64,000 nt of DNA from Alphaproteobacteria bacterium (GTDB taxonomy: Bacteria > Pseudomonadota > Alphaproteobacteria > SP197). The stretch lies in contig SHVY01000002.1 of the NCBI GenBank assembly GCA_009694045.1, positions 39,491-103,490 on the forward strand, read 5' to 3'. A program made the position numbers and the translations under genes. Positions 32,959 to 44,598 of the stretch are shown here, in pieces (the stretch's first letter is position 1; each line of letters starts with the position of its first letter). The notes beneath the pieces were generated by a model. It worked only from the letters and a program-made list of their open reading frames with translations, did no database searches and was not told where the DNA came from.

Positions 32959-34212
32959 TCAGAAGTTTTCCTTGAACCATTGGCCGATCCGCCCCATGCG
33001 CTCGAGCAAGCTCGCCTGCGCCACCCAAGGCGCCAGCATCGCGTCGTCGTTCGAGCGCGCCGCGTACCGCAACAGACCCGCGCAGGTGGCGAACGCCGGC
33101 CCGCCGTTGGCCTCGGACAGGCCCTTGAGCCACAACGGTTTGCCGATCCGCACCTGTTTGCCGAACAACTGGCCGGCGAGTTCGCGTGCGCCCAGAAGCT
33201 GGCAAGCACCGCCGGTCAGGACCAGGCGGCGCCCCGCGGCCCGGTGAACCCCGGCGGCCTCCAGCCGCCCGCGCAGGATCTCGAGGGTTTCCTCGACCCG
33301 CGGCCGGATGATGCTGACTAGAAGGGACCGGGGAACGTGGTTGATCCCGCCGGGCTGGCTTTCGCCGAGCGTCGGCACGTCGATCACCTCGCGGTCGTCG
33401 TCGCGGCTGGTGACGGCGCTGCCGAACAGGATCTTCATGCGATCGGCGTGGGCCGATGGGGTCGACAGCACCCGCGCGATGTCGTTGGTCACGTGCATGC
33501 CGCCGATCGGCACCACGTCGGTGTGGACGCAGGCCCCGTCGACGAACACCGCCGCCGACGTGGTTCCGGCACCCATGTCGATCACGGTGACGCCCAGCTC
33601 GATCTCGTCCTCGACCAGCACGGCGAGCGCCGAGGCATAAGGCGACACCGCGTGGGCGGCCACGTCCAGGTGGCAGCGGGCGACGCAACCGTCGAGATTG
33701 CGAAGCGGCCCCGCCGCGGCCGTGATCAGGTGGACGTTCACCCCCAGCCGGTCGGCGATCATGCCGCGCGGATCGCGAATCCCGTTGGTTCCGTCGATGC
33801 TGTAACCCACCGGCAGGCTGTGCAGCACGATACGGTCGGGGCTTTCGGTCGCGATGCGGCTGTGCCCCAGGATGCGGCGCATGTCGCGCTCGCCGATCTG
33901 GTGACCGCCGACGGCGACCTCGACCGCGAGGGTCTGCGAGCTCGGCCTGCCGGTCACGACGCTGACCACGACCTCGTCGATGCGTTCCCCGGCCATCTGC
34001 TCGGCGGTCTGGACGGCGCGGGCCACCGACTCCCCGGCCGCTTCCATGTCGACGATCGCCCCCGCCTCGATGCCGCGGCTGACGTTGTGGCCGATCCCGA
34101 CGGCCCGCAGGCCACCGCCGTCCTCGGGACGGGCGATAAAACAGCAGACCTTGGAGGTCCCGATGTCGATCGCGGCTCGGATGGGAGGTGCGGTGCGCGA
34201 CAACATGCTCAT
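32959..34212 (-). CDS. ftsA: Cell division protein FtsA
   Basis: Actin-like ATPase: AIDIGTSKV, DMGAGTT. Confidence 0.95.
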   Translation of the reverse strand: MSMLSRTAPPIRAAIDIGTSKVCCFIARPEDGGGLRAVGIGHNVSRGIEAGAIVDMEAAGESVARAVQTAEQMAGERIDEVVVSVVTGRPSSQTLAVEVAVGGHQIGERDMRRILGHSRIATESPDRIVLHSLPVGYSIDGTNGIRDPRGMIADRLGVNVHLITAAAGPLRNLDGCVARCHLDVAAHAVSPYASALAVLVEDEIELGVTVIDMGAGTTSAAVFVDGACVHTDVVPIGGMHVTNDIARVLSTPSAHADRMKILFGSAVTSRDDDREVIDVPTLGESQPGGINHVPRSLLVSIIRPRVEETLEILRGRLEAAGVHRAAGRRLVLTGGACQLLGARELAGQLFGKQVRIGKPLWLKGLSEANGGPAFATCAGLLRYAARSNDDAMLAPWVAQASLLERMGRIGQWFKENF

Positions 34213-34267
34213 CGCCCCCTCCCCGCCGATCGTGGTGATCTGCCGATGCTCCCCGCCATGCTCCCCC

Positions 34268-35140
34268 TCAGGTGCTCTCGCCGGTTCCGGTCTCGCGGAT
34301 CGTCTTCAGCGCTTCCGCTCCCTCGGGCGTAAGGCGCAGAAACATGCGGTCCGCCAGACGCAGGTCGATGGTCTGAACCTCGCGCTTCAGCAGCGCATGC
34401 GTGCGGTCGAGTTCGGCGACGTGCGCCCAGGCCGCGGCCAGGCCGTTGGCCGGCATCCGAACGGTGATCCCGTTCGCGAAGCGGATGTCCCAACGGCGCT
34501 CGCCGACCCGAATCGCGGCGGTCACCATGGCGGCGACCGCGGGTTCACCGGCCAGCACCGCCAGCAGCTCGGCCGCATGCTCGGGCGCGCCCTCGCCCAC
34601 GACGAGGGGCAATTCGCTGAACCACCGCGGATCGACGCCCGCGATCACTTCGCCGGAGCGATCGATGACCTTGGCCTCGCCGTCGTTCTGCCACAGGGCC
34701 ATGGGTCGCCGTTCCGTCAACCGGACGATCAGCACGTCCGGCAGGCGTCGCTCGATCACGACGGCATCGACCCAGGGCAGAGCCGCCAGCCGATCGCGGC
34801 GCGTGGCCAGATCGAGGAACAGCAAGGGCTCGCCGATGGCGACGTCGAGGGCGGCGATCAACGCCTTGCGGCCGGTCTCGCGCCGACCGCTGGCGTAGAC
34901 TTCGCGCACTCCCATGCCCATGGCGACTGTCGCGCGCTCGGTCGCCGCGCCGATCGCCATGGCACGAGCGATCAGGACCGGCTGCCACCACGGCCGTGCC
35001 AGCACGCCGATCGCCACCGCGATCGCGACTCCTGCGACCGCCACGAGAATCCGCCGCCGTGGCCATGGATTCGCGGCCTGGCGACGCGGCTTCCGTCGCC
35101 CGGCGGCCGGCGCGCGCGGCTCCGCCATCAGGTGTCGCAT
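34268..35140 (-). CDS. ftsQ: Cell division protein FtsQ (POTRA)
   Basis: TM segment followed by POTRA/FtsQ domains. ATG at 35140; an alternative ATG at 35128 overlaps the ddl stop (TGATG). Confidence 0.85.
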   Translation of the reverse strand: MRHLMAEPRAPAAGRRKPRRQAANPWPRRRILVAVAGVAIAVAIGVLARPWWQPVLIARAMAIGAATERATVAMGMGVREVYASGRRETGRKALIAALDVAIGEPLLFLDLATRRDRLAALPWVDAVVIERRLPDVLIVRLTERRPMALWQNDGEAKVIDRSGEVIAGVDPRWFSELPLVVGEGAPEHAAELLAVLAGEPAVAAMVTAAIRVGERRWDIRFANGITVRMPANGLAAAWAHVAELDRTHALLKREVQTIDLRLADRMFLRLTPEGAEALKTIRETGTGEST

Positions 35141-36048
35141 CGCGCCTCCTCGACCATCCAGGACACCAGGCGCGGGAAGTCGATGCCGGCCGCCGCCGCC
35201 TGCTCGGGCACGAGGCTGAGCGGCGTCATGCCCGGCTGGGTGTTCACCTCCAGGAGGTACAGGCGGCCCGGTTCGCCCGCCGTGTCGTCGTAGCGCAGGT
35301 CGGCGCGGCTGACGCCCCGGCACCCGAGGGTGCGATGCGCGAGCACGGAGATGCGCTGCGCCTCGCCGAACGCCGACCTGTGGATCGGTGCCGGCACCAG
35401 ATGGTCGGCGACTCCCTCGGTGTACTTGGCCTTGTAGTCGTAGAAGCCGAGCCGCGGCCGTATCTCGGTGACGCCCAGGGCGCGATCGCCCATGACCGCC
35501 ACGGTGATCTCGCGGCCCGGCACGTAGCGCTCCACCAAGACCGCGTCGCCATGGCGGAAATCGTCGTCGACCAGGGTCGCGCGGTTGTCGCCCAGCCCGA
35601 CGATGCGCACGCCGACGCTCGAGCCCTCGTTGATCGGCTTGACGACGAAGGGCGGGTCCATCGGCGGCCCCGCCGGCGTCGCCTCCCGGTGCACGACAAT
35701 CCCTTCCGCCGTCGGCACGCCCGCCGCATCCAGCAGGCGCTTAGCCATCGGCTTGTTCATGGCCAGCGCCGAGGCGAGGGGCCCGGAATGGGTGTAGGGC
35801 ACCCCGAGGATCTCGAGCACACCCTGAACGCAGCCGTCCTCGCCATAGCGGCCGTGCAGGGCGTTGAACACCACATCGGGACGCGGTGTGAGCGCGGCCA
35901 GCACCGTCGCCACGTCGCGCCGCGCGTCGATGGCGGTGACCTCGTAGCCCGCGGCCTCCAATCCCTTGGCGACGGCCCGGCCGGTCACCAGCGAGACCTC
36001 GCGCTCGGCCGACCAGCCCCCCATCAGCACGGCGACGCGCTTCTTCAT
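35128..36048 (-). CDS. ddl: D-alanine--D-alanine ligase
   Basis: 306-aa ATP-grasp protein [19 protein letters not shown]... The ATG at 36048 overlaps the murB stop (ATGA). Confidence 0.95.
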   Translation of the reverse strand: MKKRVAVLMGGWSAEREVSLVTGRAVAKGLEAAGYEVTAIDARRDVATVLAALTPRPDVVFNALHGRYGEDGCVQGVLEILGVPYTHSGPLASALAMNKPMAKRLLDAAGVPTAEGIVVHREATPAGPPMDPPFVVKPINEGSSVGVRIVGLGDNRATLVDDDFRHGDAVLVERYVPGREITVAVMGDRALGVTEIRPRLGFYDYKAKYTEGVADHLVPAPIHRSAFGEAQRISVLAHRTLGCRGVSRADLRYDDTAGEPGRLYLLEVNTQPGMTPLSLVPEQAAAAGIDFPRLVSWMVEEARCDT

Positions 36049-36986
36049 GGCGCTGCCTTCAGGGCCGGTTCGGCATGACGGCCGATCCGCCGGATCTCCC
36101 AGGAAAGCTGGACGCCGGTGGCTTCGAACACGCGGCGGCGGACGTCCTCGCCCAATCCCTCGATGTCGGCCGCCGTGGCGGACCCGGTATTGATCAGGAA
36201 GTTGCAGTGCTTGGAGGAGACCTCGGCGCCGCCACGGCCGAGGCCCCGGCAGCCGGCCCGGTCGATCAGCTCCCAGGCCTTGGCCCCAGGCGGATTGACG
36301 AACGTCGAGCCGCCGGTGCGCGCGCGGATCGGTTGGCTTCCCTCGCGCGACTCTTGGATCTCGCGCATGCGGGCGGCGATCCGGCTCGGCTCGTCGAACC
36401 GACCGACCAGGGTCGCGGCGGTGAATATCCAGTCGTCGGGCGCCTCCGTGTGCCGGTAGGCGAGGCGCAATCCCTCGCGCGGCACCTCGTGGATCGCCCC
36501 GGCCCGATCGACCGCCCGGGCGGTCACCAGCACCTCGGCCAGCTCGCGGCCGTAGGCACCGGCGTTCATGCGCAACGCACCGCCGACCGTCCCCGGCACC
36601 CCGGAGAGGAACTCCAGCCCGGTGACCCCCGCTTCGGCCGCGGTCATGGCGACGGTCAGGTCGAGCGCCCCGGCACCCACGCGCAACCGAAGGCCGAGAG
36701 TTTCGATGCCGGCGAACCCGCGCCCCAGCCTGATGACGACGCCGTCGACCCCGCCGTCGCGGATCAGCAGGTTCGAGCCGACGCCGATCGTCGTCACGGG
36801 CACGTCCCCCGGCAGGGCGGCGAGGAACCTGGCAAGGTCGGCCTCGTCGGCCGGGCGGAACAACACCTCGGCCGGCCCGCCGACCCGGAACCAGGTGTAG
36901 GGCGCGAGCGGCGCCCCGGCGGTAACGCGGCCGCGGGCCGGCGGCAGGCGGTCGATCAGGGGGGGGGTGCGGGTCGCCGGCATCAT
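36045..36986 (-). CDS. murB: UDP-N-acetylenolpyruvoylglucosamine reductase
   Basis: FAD-binding PCMH domain. The ATGATG start overlaps the murC stop. Confidence 0.9.
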   Translation of the reverse strand: MMPATRTPPLIDRLPPARGRVTAGAPLAPYTWFRVGGPAEVLFRPADEADLARFLAALPGDVPVTTIGVGSNLLIRDGGVDGVVIRLGRGFAGIETLGLRLRVGAGALDLTVAMTAAEAGVTGLEFLSGVPGTVGGALRMNAGAYGRELAEVLVTARAVDRAGAIHEVPREGLRLAYRHTEAPDDWIFTAATLVGRFDEPSRIAARMREIQESREGSQPIRARTGGSTFVNPPGAKAWELIDRAGCRGLGRGGAEVSSKHCNFLINTGSATAADIEGLGEDVRRRVFEATGVQLSWEIRRIGRHAEPALKAAP

Positions 36987-38419
36987 GCGCCCGCTCCCGC
37001 CCGCGCTCGCCCGTCGCCCAAAGCCGCGAGCTCGCCCGGCAGGGCATGGGCCCACTGAGTGATGGTGCCGGCGCCCAGACAGATCACCACGTCGCCCACC
37101 TGCGTCAGGCGCGCGACCAGGGGCGCCAGGTCCGCCGGCGCATCGAGCGAGTCGACGTGGCGATGGCCGCGCGTCCTGAGGCCCTCGACCAGGTGGGCCC
37201 GGTCGGCGCCCGCGATCGGCTCCTCCCCGGCCGCGTACACGTCGGCGACGATCACCATGTCGGCGTCGTTGAAGCAGGTGCAGAACTGGTCGAACAGATC
37301 GTGCAACCGGGTAAAGCGGTGGGGCTGCACCACCGCGACGATGCGACCGTCGTAGGCCTCGCGCGCCGCCCTGAGCACGGCGGCGATCTCCACCGGGTGA
37401 TGCCCGTAGTCATCGACGATGGTGACCCCGCCCACCATGCCGGTTCGGCTGAAGCGCCGCTTCACACCCTTGAATCCGCCCAGCGCCCGCCGGATGGTAT
37501 CGCCATCGACCCCCAGCTCATGGGCGACCGCGATGGCGGCCAGGGCGTTGCTGACGTTGTGCCTTCCCAGCATGGGTAGGCGGACGTCCGTGATCGCGGT
37601 CTCCGAACCCGAGGCTCGGTCGGTGATCGCCACGTCGAACAGGGACCCGCCCGGCGCGCGCCGCAGGTTGACCCCCCGCACCGCCGCCTGGGGGCTGAAC
37701 CCGTACGGGACGATCCGCCGGTCCACCACCCGACCGATCAGGCCCTGGACCTCCGGGTGATCGATGCACAGGGCGGCGAAGCCATAGAAGGGAATGTTCT
37801 CGACAAAGGTCGCGTATGCCTTGCGGACTTCGTCGAATGACCCGTAGTGCTCCATGTGCTCGGGGTCGATGTTGGTGACCACGGCGATGGTCGCCGGCAG
37901 CTTCATGAAGCTGCCGTCGGACTCGTCGGATTCCACCACCATCCAGTCGCCGGCTCCGAGCCGTGCGTTGGTGCCGTAGGCTTCGATGATGCCGCCGTTG
38001 ATCACCGTCGGGTCGTAGCCCGCGCCGTCCAGCACGGTGGCGATCAGCGACGTGGTCGTCGTCTTGCCGTGGGTGCCGCCGACCGCGATCGACCAACGCA
38101 GGCGCATCAGCTCGCCCAGCATCTCGGCGCGCCGCACGATCGGCAGCAACCGGGCCCGGGCCGCCATTACCTCCGGGTTCCCGGCCTTGACTGCCGAGGA
38201 CACCACCACGACCTGGGCGTCGGCCAGGTTCTCCTCGCGGTGGCCGAGGGCCACCTCGATGCCGAGGGCGCGCAGCCGCCGGGTGTTGGCGTTCTCGGCG
38301 AGGTCGCTGCCGCGCACCCGGTAGCCGAGGTTTCCGAGGACCTCGGCGATGCCGCTCATGCCGATCCCGCCGATGCCGACGAAATGGATGGGGCCGATTT
38401 CGAGGGGGAGCGATCTCAT
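36983..38419 (-). CDS. murC: UDP-N-acetylmuramate--L-alanine ligase
   Basis: [26 protein letters not shown]; [10 protein letters not shown]. The start overlaps the murG stop (ATGA). Confidence 0.95.
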   Translation of the reverse strand: MRSLPLEIGPIHFVGIGGIGMSGIAEVLGNLGYRVRGSDLAENANTRRLRALGIEVALGHREENLADAQVVVVSSAVKAGNPEVMAARARLLPIVRRAEMLGELMRLRWSIAVGGTHGKTTTTSLIATVLDGAGYDPTVINGGIIEAYGTNARLGAGDWMVVESDESDGSFMKLPATIAVVTNIDPEHMEHYGSFDEVRKAYATFVENIPFYGFAALCIDHPEVQGLIGRVVDRRIVPYGFSPQAAVRGVNLRRAPGGSLFDVAITDRASGSETAITDVRLPMLGRHNVSNALAAIAVAHELGVDGDTIRRALGGFKGVKRRFSRTGMVGGVTIVDDYGHHPVEIAAVLRAAREAYDGRIVAVVQPHRFTRLHDLFDQFCTCFNDADMVIVADVYAAGEEPIAGADRAHLVEGLRTRGHRHVDSLDAPADLAPLVARLTQVGDVVICLGAGTITQWAHALPGELAALGDGRARAGAGA

Positions 38420-39549
38420 GCCGCTTGCGCCTGTCGCACGGAAGTGTTGCCGCCGTTGGCGGGGACCAGCCCGAGCACCAGCTCGGCCAGCGCATGGGCC
38501 GCCCGCGGGTGCCCTGCGGTCTTGGCCGCGGCAGCCGCCACCGCCAGCAGGTCGGGACCCCGCATCAAGGTCTCCAACCGGGCCGCGAGGGCCTCCGGCG
38601 CGAAGGCGGGCTCGGGCATCAGCCAGCCGCCGCCGACGCATTCCAGGCCCCGCGCGTTGGCGGTCTGATGATCGTCGGCGGCGAACCGATAGGGTACCAG
38701 CACCGCCGGGCGGCCCGTGGCGGCGAGCTCGGCGACCGTCGAGGCGCCGGACCGCGCGATCACCAGGTGGGCCGCGGCCAGCCGGGCCGGTACATCGTCG
38801 AAGAACGTCTTGAGTTCGACCTCGATCGCCGATTCCCGGTAGTGCGCGGCGACCTCTTCCAGGTCGTCGGCCCGGCACTGCTGCTGCACCCGAAGCGACG
38901 CCCGCAGGGCGGGCGGCAGGGCCGCGATGGCCGCCGGAACGATGGCGCTCATCACCCTGGCACCCAGGCTGCCGCCCATGACCAGCAGGTTGAAGGGCTG
39001 GCCCGGGCGCGGCGGGACGTAACCTTGGATCGCCACGGCCGCCACGTCGCGGCGCACCGGGTTGCCGGTGATTCGCGTCTTGGCGACCAGCCCGACCGCT
39101 ACGCGCTGGGTGTCGGCGAACGACAGGGCAAGGACGCGGACCCGGCGCGCCAACAGGCGGTTGGCGCGGCCCAGCACTGCGTTCTGCTCGTGGATCATGG
39201 TCGCTAGACCGCCCCGCATCGCCGCCAACAGGGGCAAAACCGACGGGTAGCCGCCGAAGCCGATCACCACCGCTGGCGCGATCTCGCGCAGCAACCGATG
39301 CGCCTCGAGGGTTCCGCGCACCAGATCCAGCGCGCCAAGCATACGGCCGCCGATCCCCTTGCCTTGGATCTGTCCCGCCCGCACGACGTAGGTGGGCCAG
39401 GGGCCGAAGCCGCGCGCGAGGGCGCCGCCCCGATGATCCGTCACGCAGGCGACGCGCAGACCCCGCGCCATCAGTTCCTCGGCCAAGGCCATGGCCGGGA
39501 ACAGGTGGCCGCCGGTTCCGCCGGCGGCGAGCAGCACGGGTCCGCTCAT
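38416..39549 (-). CDS. murG: Undecaprenyldiphospho-muramoylpentapeptide beta-N-acetylglucosaminyltransferase
   Basis: [14 protein letters not shown] motif. ATGA overlap with the ftsW stop. Confidence 0.95.
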   Translation of the reverse strand: MSGPVLLAAGGTGGHLFPAMALAEELMARGLRVACVTDHRGGALARGFGPWPTYVVRAGQIQGKGIGGRMLGALDLVRGTLEAHRLLREIAPAVVIGFGGYPSVLPLLAAMRGGLATMIHEQNAVLGRANRLLARRVRVLALSFADTQRVAVGLVAKTRITGNPVRRDVAAVAIQGYVPPRPGQPFNLLVMGGSLGARVMSAIVPAAIAALPPALRASLRVQQQCRADDLEEVAAHYRESAIEVELKTFFDDVPARLAAAHLVIARSGASTVAELAATGRPAVLVPYRFAADDHQTANARGLECVGGGWLMPEPAFAPEALAARLETLMRGPDLLAVAAAAAKTAGHPRAAHALAELVLGLVPANGGNTSVRQAQAA

Positions 39550-40670
39550 GCACCGGCTCCCTGCTCGGCGTTGCGCCGCGTGAGGGCGAGGAGGAACCCC
39601 ATGCCCAGAGCCAACGCGATCAGCGACGACCCGCCATACGAAATGAAGGGCAGCGTCATCCCCTTGGCCGGCATCAGGCGCAGGTTCACCGCCATGTTGA
39701 TGATCGCCTGAATGCCGAACTGCACGCTGAGACCGGTGACGGCCAAGAGCGCGAACAGGCGCTTCTCGGCGTAGGCGAAGACGAAACCGCGCAAGGTCAC
39801 GAAGGCGAACAGCGCGATGATGCCGAGGCAGGCGATCAGTCCGAACTCCTCGGCCGCGACCGCGAAGATGTAGTCGGCATGCGCGTCCGGCAGGATGTCC
39901 TTGACCACGCCCTGGCCCGGACCGCGGCCGAACAGACCGCCCTGCTCGAAGGCCATGATGGCGGTATCCGCCTGGTAGGTATCGCCGGTCGTCGGATCCA
40001 GGAACTGGTCGATCCGATCCTGCACGTGCGACATGGTGTAGTAGCCGGCGATCAGCCCGGCGACGGCGATCGTCGCCAGCAGGGCGACCCAGACCATTCT
40101 GAGGCCGGCGAGAAAGAACTGGGTGCCCCAGACCGCCGTCACCGTCGCCACCATGCCGACGTCCGGCTGCAACACCAGAAGGGCGACGATGGCAAGATAG
40201 AGCCCGGCCGACAGCAGGTTGCCGGGAAAGCTCGGGTTGCCACGCTGGGACGCGAACAGCCAGGCGGCCGTCACGGCGAAGCAGGGCTTGACGAATTCCG
40301 ACGCCTGAATCGACAGGCCGCCGATGGCGATCCAGCGCGTCGCCCCCTTGATCTCGGTGCCCACCAAGGGGGTCAACACCAGGAGCCCGAGCACAATGGC
40401 GAGGCACGCCAGGGCCACCCGCCGCACGGTGACGGGGCTCGCCAGGGACGTGATCAGCAACACGCCCAACGACAGCGGCAGGAAGACGAACTGTCGCTCG
40501 ATGAAGTGGAAGGGCGCGACGCCGATCCGTTCCGCGACCGATGGGCTCGCGGCCATGATCAGGATCGCGCCGACCGCGGCCAGAAGCATCAGCGCCGCGA
40601 GGGTCCAGCGATCGACGGTCCACCACCACCGGGCGAGGACGCTGCGGTCGGCGCGGTCGAAGCCGCTCAT
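39546..40670 (-). CDS. ftsW: Peptidoglycan glycosyltransferase FtsW (SEDS)
   Basis: SEDS family with 10 TM segments. ATGA overlap with the murD stop. Confidence 0.95.
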   Translation of the reverse strand: MSGFDRADRSVLARWWWTVDRWTLAALMLLAAVGAILIMAASPSVAERIGVAPFHFIERQFVFLPLSLGVLLITSLASPVTVRRVALACLAIVLGLLVLTPLVGTEIKGATRWIAIGGLSIQASEFVKPCFAVTAAWLFASQRGNPSFPGNLLSAGLYLAIVALLVLQPDVGMVATVTAVWGTQFFLAGLRMVWVALLATIAVAGLIAGYYTMSHVQDRIDQFLDPTTGDTYQADTAIMAFEQGGLFGRGPGQGVVKDILPDAHADYIFAVAAEEFGLIACLGIIALFAFVTLRGFVFAYAEKRLFALLAVTGLSVQFGIQAIINMAVNLRLMPAKGMTLPFISYGGSSLIALALGMGFLLALTRRNAEQGAGA

Positions 40671-42070
40671 GCCGCGGTCCCCCGACCATCCGAGCCGACA
40701 TCGAGGCTCTCCACCATGCGCCGGAACGCGACGCCCCGCGCCTCGAAGTCCTGGAACTGGTCGAACGAGGCGCAGGCCGGCGACAACAGCACAACGGCCC
40801 CAGCGCGACGCTCGCTCCGCGCCTGACGGGAAGCGGCCGCGACCGCCGTCGCCAGGTCGCCGGATCGGGTCGTCGCGACCTTGCCGGCGAGCTCCTCGGC
40901 GAACGCCTCCGCCGCCTCGCCGACCAAGAAGACGTGGACCACCCGATCCCAATAGGGTTCGGTCCCCGCAAGACCGCCGGCCTTCGACCGTCCCCCCGCG
41001 ATCCAATAGATCGTGTCGTAGGACGCCAGCGCCCGGGCGGCCGCATCCGCGTTGGTCGCCTTGCTGTCGTTGACGAAACGAACGCCGTCGCGGGTCGCCA
41101 CCAGCTCGAGCCGGTGCGGCAGCCCGGGGAAGGTCGCCAGGGCCGCGGCGAGGGCCGCTTGCGGCACGCCAAGGAGCCGCGCCACCGCGACCGCGGCTGC
41201 CGCGTTCTGCCAGTTGTGCCGCCCGACCAGGGTGGTCGAAGCCGACAGATCGGCGATCATCGTGGCCGGCCCGCCGAGCGCGTCGTGGACCTTGGCGTCG
41301 ATCACGAACACCCCGCGCTCCACCGGCCGCCCGATCGCGATCGGTGCCACGCGGTGGCGCCCGCCGGCGGCGAGTGTCGCGGCGATGTCACGGCCATGGC
41401 CGTCGTCGACGCCGACCACCGCGGCCTGTCCCGCGCTCTGCATCGTGAACAGGCGTCGCTTGGCGGCGGCATAGCCGGCGAAGTCGCCGTGCCGTTCGAT
41501 GTGATCGGGCGACAGATTCAGGAGAACGGCCACGCCGCAGGCCAGCGTCTGGCACAGGTCGATGCCGTAGGACGACAGCTCGAGCACGTACACTCCCTCG
41601 GGCGGCAGGGGCTCGAGGTCGAGTGCCGCCGTTCCCAGGTTGCCACCCACCTGGCAGGGCACCTTCGCCGCCCGCAGCAGATGGCCGGTCAACGCCGTCG
41701 TGGTCGATTTCCCGTTGGTGCCGGTGATGCCGACGACCCGCGCGCCATGCCCCGATCGGGCGAACAGTTCGATGTCGCCGATGATCTCGACCCCGGCTCC
41801 CCGCGCCGCCGCCGCGACGGGGTGCGGCCGCGGCCGGTGCAAGGGGATGCCCGGCGACAACACCAGTGCCGCGACGTCGGACCATTGCATCCGCCCCAGG
41901 TCGGCGAGTTCGGCTCCCGCCGCCATCGCCGCCTTGCGCGCGGTCGCGTCGTCGTCCCAGGCGATCGTCCGGGCGCCGCCGGCCTTCAGCGCGCGCACCG
42001 CCGAAAGGCCGGAGCGCGCCAGTCCGAGGACGGCGACGCGGCGGTCGGTGAAGGCGGCCACGGGGATCAC
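40667..42070 (-). CDS. murD: UDP-N-acetylmuramoylalanine--D-glutamate ligase
   Basis: GITGTNGKSTTT motif. GTG start 4 nt after the mraY stop. Confidence 0.95.
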   Translation of the reverse strand: MIPVAAFTDRRVAVLGLARSGLSAVRALKAGGARTIAWDDDATARKAAMAAGAELADLGRMQWSDVAALVLSPGIPLHRPRPHPVAAAARGAGVEIIGDIELFARSGHGARVVGITGTNGKSTTTALTGHLLRAAKVPCQVGGNLGTAALDLEPLPPEGVYVLELSSYGIDLCQTLACGVAVLLNLSPDHIERHGDFAGYAAAKRRLFTMQSAGQAAVVGVDDGHGRDIAATLAAGGRHRVAPIAIGRPVERGVFVIDAKVHDALGGPATMIADLSASTTLVGRHNWQNAAAAVAVARLLGVPQAALAAALATFPGLPHRLELVATRDGVRFVNDSKATNADAAARALASYDTIYWIAGGRSKAGGLAGTEPYWDRVVHVFLVGEAAEAFAEELAGKVATTRSGDLATAVAAASRQARSERRAGAVVLLSPACASFDQFQDFEARGVAFRRMVESLDVGSDGRGTAA

Positions 42071-42074
42071 GGCG

Positions 42075-43163
42075 TCACCGCAGCTTCAGGGTCGCGAGCC
42101 CGGCGAACGCGAGCACCATGGCGATGATCCAGAATCGGATCACCACGGTCGGCTCGGCCCAGCCCTTCTGCTCGAAATGGTGATGCAGGGGCGCCATGCG
42201 GAATACGCGCCTGCCGGTCAACTTGAAGGATCCAACCTGGACGATGACCGACACGGCTTCCAGCACGAACAGGCCGCCGATGATCGCCAGGGCGAATTCG
42301 TGCTTGGTCGCCACCGCCACGGCGCCCAGGGCCCCGCCGGCCGACAGGCTGCCGATGTCCCCCATGAACACCATGGCCGGGGGCGCGTTGAACCAAAGGA
42401 ACCCAAGCCCCGCGCCCACCAGCGCGCCGCAGAACACCGCCAACTCGCCGGTTCCCGGCACGAACGGGATCTGCAGATACTCCGCGTAGACGACGTTGCC
42501 CGCCAGATAGGCGATGAAGCCGAAACAGCCGGTCGCGATGATGATCGGCCCGATCGCCAAGCCGTCGAGCCCGTCGGTGAGGTTTACGGCGTTCGACGCG
42601 CCGACCATCACGAACACCGCGATCGGCACGAACAGCCAGCCGAGGTCCAGGAGCACGTCCTTGAAGAATGGCACCGCAAGGCCGTCGCCTAGCGGTTTTC
42701 CGGTCAGGGCCATGATCCACAGCGTCACGCCGACGCAGATCGCGATTTCGACGAGGAGCTTGAGCTTGCCGGGCACCCCCCGGCTGCTGCGCCGGGTGAC
42801 CTTCACGAAATCGTCGGCGAACCCGACCGCGCCGAACCCCAGGGTCGCCACCAGCACCGCCCAGACGTAGCCGTTGCCGATGTCGGCCCACAGCAGGGTC
42901 GAGACGACCAAGGCGATCAGGATCAGGAGCCCGCCCATGGTCGGCGTGCCCTTCTTGCGCAACAGATGGTCGGGCGGGCCGTCGTCGCGGATCGGCTGGC
43001 CGTGGCCCTGGCGCCGCTTCAACCAGCGAATGACGAAGGGCCCCACGGCGAAGCTGACCAGCAGCGAGGTCATGATCGCCCCGCCGGTCCGGAACGTCAG
43101 GTAGCGAAACAAGTTGAACGCGACGAACTCGTCGGCCAGGGGGGTGAGGAAGGCGAAGAGCAT
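42075..43163 (-). CDS. mraY: Phospho-N-acetylmuramoyl-pentapeptide transferase
   Basis: Full-length MraY (362 aa). Confidence 0.95.
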   Translation of the reverse strand: MLFAFLTPLADEFVAFNLFRYLTFRTGGAIMTSLLVSFAVGPFVIRWLKRRQGHGQPIRDDGPPDHLLRKKGTPTMGGLLILIALVVSTLLWADIGNGYVWAVLVATLGFGAVGFADDFVKVTRRSSRGVPGKLKLLVEIAICVGVTLWIMALTGKPLGDGLAVPFFKDVLLDLGWLFVPIAVFVMVGASNAVNLTDGLDGLAIGPIIIATGCFGFIAYLAGNVVYAEYLQIPFVPGTGELAVFCGALVGAGLGFLWFNAPPAMVFMGDIGSLSAGGALGAVAVATKHEFALAIIGGLFVLEAVSVIVQVGSFKLTGRRVFRMAPLHHHFEQKGWAEPTVVIRFWIIAMVLAFAGLATLKLR

Positions 43164-43176
43164 CGCGTGGGGTCCC

Positions 43177-44598
43177 TCAGCCCGCGCAGCGCGCCGGTTG
43201 GGGAGTCATGTCGATCAGCGCCGCCGCCACGCGCTCCAGGGCGATGCCGCGGCTGCCCTTGACCAACACCACATCGCCCGCCCGCACCTCCTCGAGCAGG
43301 GCCGGCAGGATCGCCTCGGCATCGGCCGCATGGCCGCCGCGCATGGCCTCGGGGAGCGCGTCGCGCAGATGGGCCATCAGACCGCCGACCGTGAAGACCA
43401 GGTCGATGTTCTTCGCCTTGGCGCAGGACGCGAAGCCGGCGTGCAGCCCGGGGGCGTCGTCGCCCAGCTCGAGCATGTCGCCGAGCACGGCGATGCGCCG
43501 TCCCTGCGTGCCCGGCACCGCCGCCGCCAGCACCTGCAGAGCAGCCTTCAGGGTCACGGGGCTACTGTTGTAGCTCTCGTCGATCACCGTCATGGCGCCG
43601 CAGCCGAGATAGACCCGATGCCGCTGCCCGCGTCCGGCCAAGGCCTCGACCTTGGCGAGCGATGCGGCCGCGCGCCCGAGGTCGGCGCCAAGCGCATGCA
43701 CGACCGCCAGCACCGCCAGGCTGTTGGCCACCCAGTGGCGCCCAGGAACGTTGAGCGATGCGTCGAGGGACCGCCGCCCCACCGCGGCCTTGACCCGACT
43801 CGTCTCCGCGCCGATCTCCGCCTGCACCAGGCGCACCGTGGAATCCGGATGGGCGCCGAAGCTCACGATGGTGCGCACGCCGCGCGCGCGCGCCGCCTGG
43901 GAAAGGTGGTGGTAGAAGGGATTGTCGTGGTTCAGCACGGCAACGCCGGCGGCGCTCATGCCATCGAACACTTCGGCCTTGGCGTCGGCGATGGCGCCGA
44001 TCGACGGGAAGTGTCCGAGGTGCACCGCCTCGACGGTGGTGATCAGGGCGACGTCGGGCCGCAGAAGTCGCGACAGCGGCGCGATCTCGCCGGCATGGTT
44101 CATGCCGACCTCGAAGACGCCGAACCGAGCGTCCGCGCCCATGCGCGCGAGACTCAGGGGCACGCCCCATTGGTTGTTGAAGCTCCGGACGCTGGCGGCG
44201 ACGGCGCCCTGGTCGCCCAGCACGATCCGCAGCGCTTCCTTCACTCCGGTCTTGCCGACGCTGCCGGTGACCGCGACGATCCGTGCCGTGGTGCGGGCCC
44301 GCGTCGCCCGGCCGAGCGCCACCAGCGCCTCGAGGGTGTCCGCCACCAACAGCAACGGCGCGTCGGCGGCGACCCCCGGCGGAACGCGATGGACGATCGC
44401 CGCGGCGGCACCGCGCGCCAGGGCGGCCGCCACGTAGTCGTGGCCGTCCTGCTTCGGCCCGGCCAGGGCAACGAACAGGTCGCCGCCCGCGACGCCGCGG
44501 CTGTCGATGGCGACGCCGGTCGCGGCCCAGCTCTGGGTGGTCGTGCCGCCGGTCGCGGCGCAGGCGTCGTCCGAGGTCCACAAGGAGTTGCGGTTCAT
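43177..44598 (-). CDS. murF: UDP-N-acetylmuramoyl-tripeptide--D-alanyl-D-alanine ligase
   Basis: [14 protein letters not shown] motif. ATGA overlap with the murE stop. Confidence 0.95.
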   Translation of the reverse strand: MNRNSLWTSDDACAATGGTTTQSWAATGVAIDSRGVAGGDLFVALAGPKQDGHDYVAAALARGAAAAIVHRVPPGVAADAPLLLVADTLEALVALGRATRARTTARIVAVTGSVGKTGVKEALRIVLGDQGAVAASVRSFNNQWGVPLSLARMGADARFGVFEVGMNHAGEIAPLSRLLRPDVALITTVEAVHLGHFPSIGAIADAKAEVFDGMSAAGVAVLNHDNPFYHHLSQAARARGVRTIVSFGAHPDSTVRLVQAEIGAETSRVKAAVGRRSLDASLNVPGRHWVANSLAVLAVVHALGADLGRAAASLAKVEALAGRGQRHRVYLGCGAMTVIDESYNSSPVTLKAALQVLAAAVPGTQGRRIAVLGDMLELGDDAPGLHAGFASCAKAKNIDLVFTVGGLMAHLRDALPEAMRGGHAADAEAILPALLEEVRAGDVVLVKGSRGIALERVAAALIDMTPQPARCAG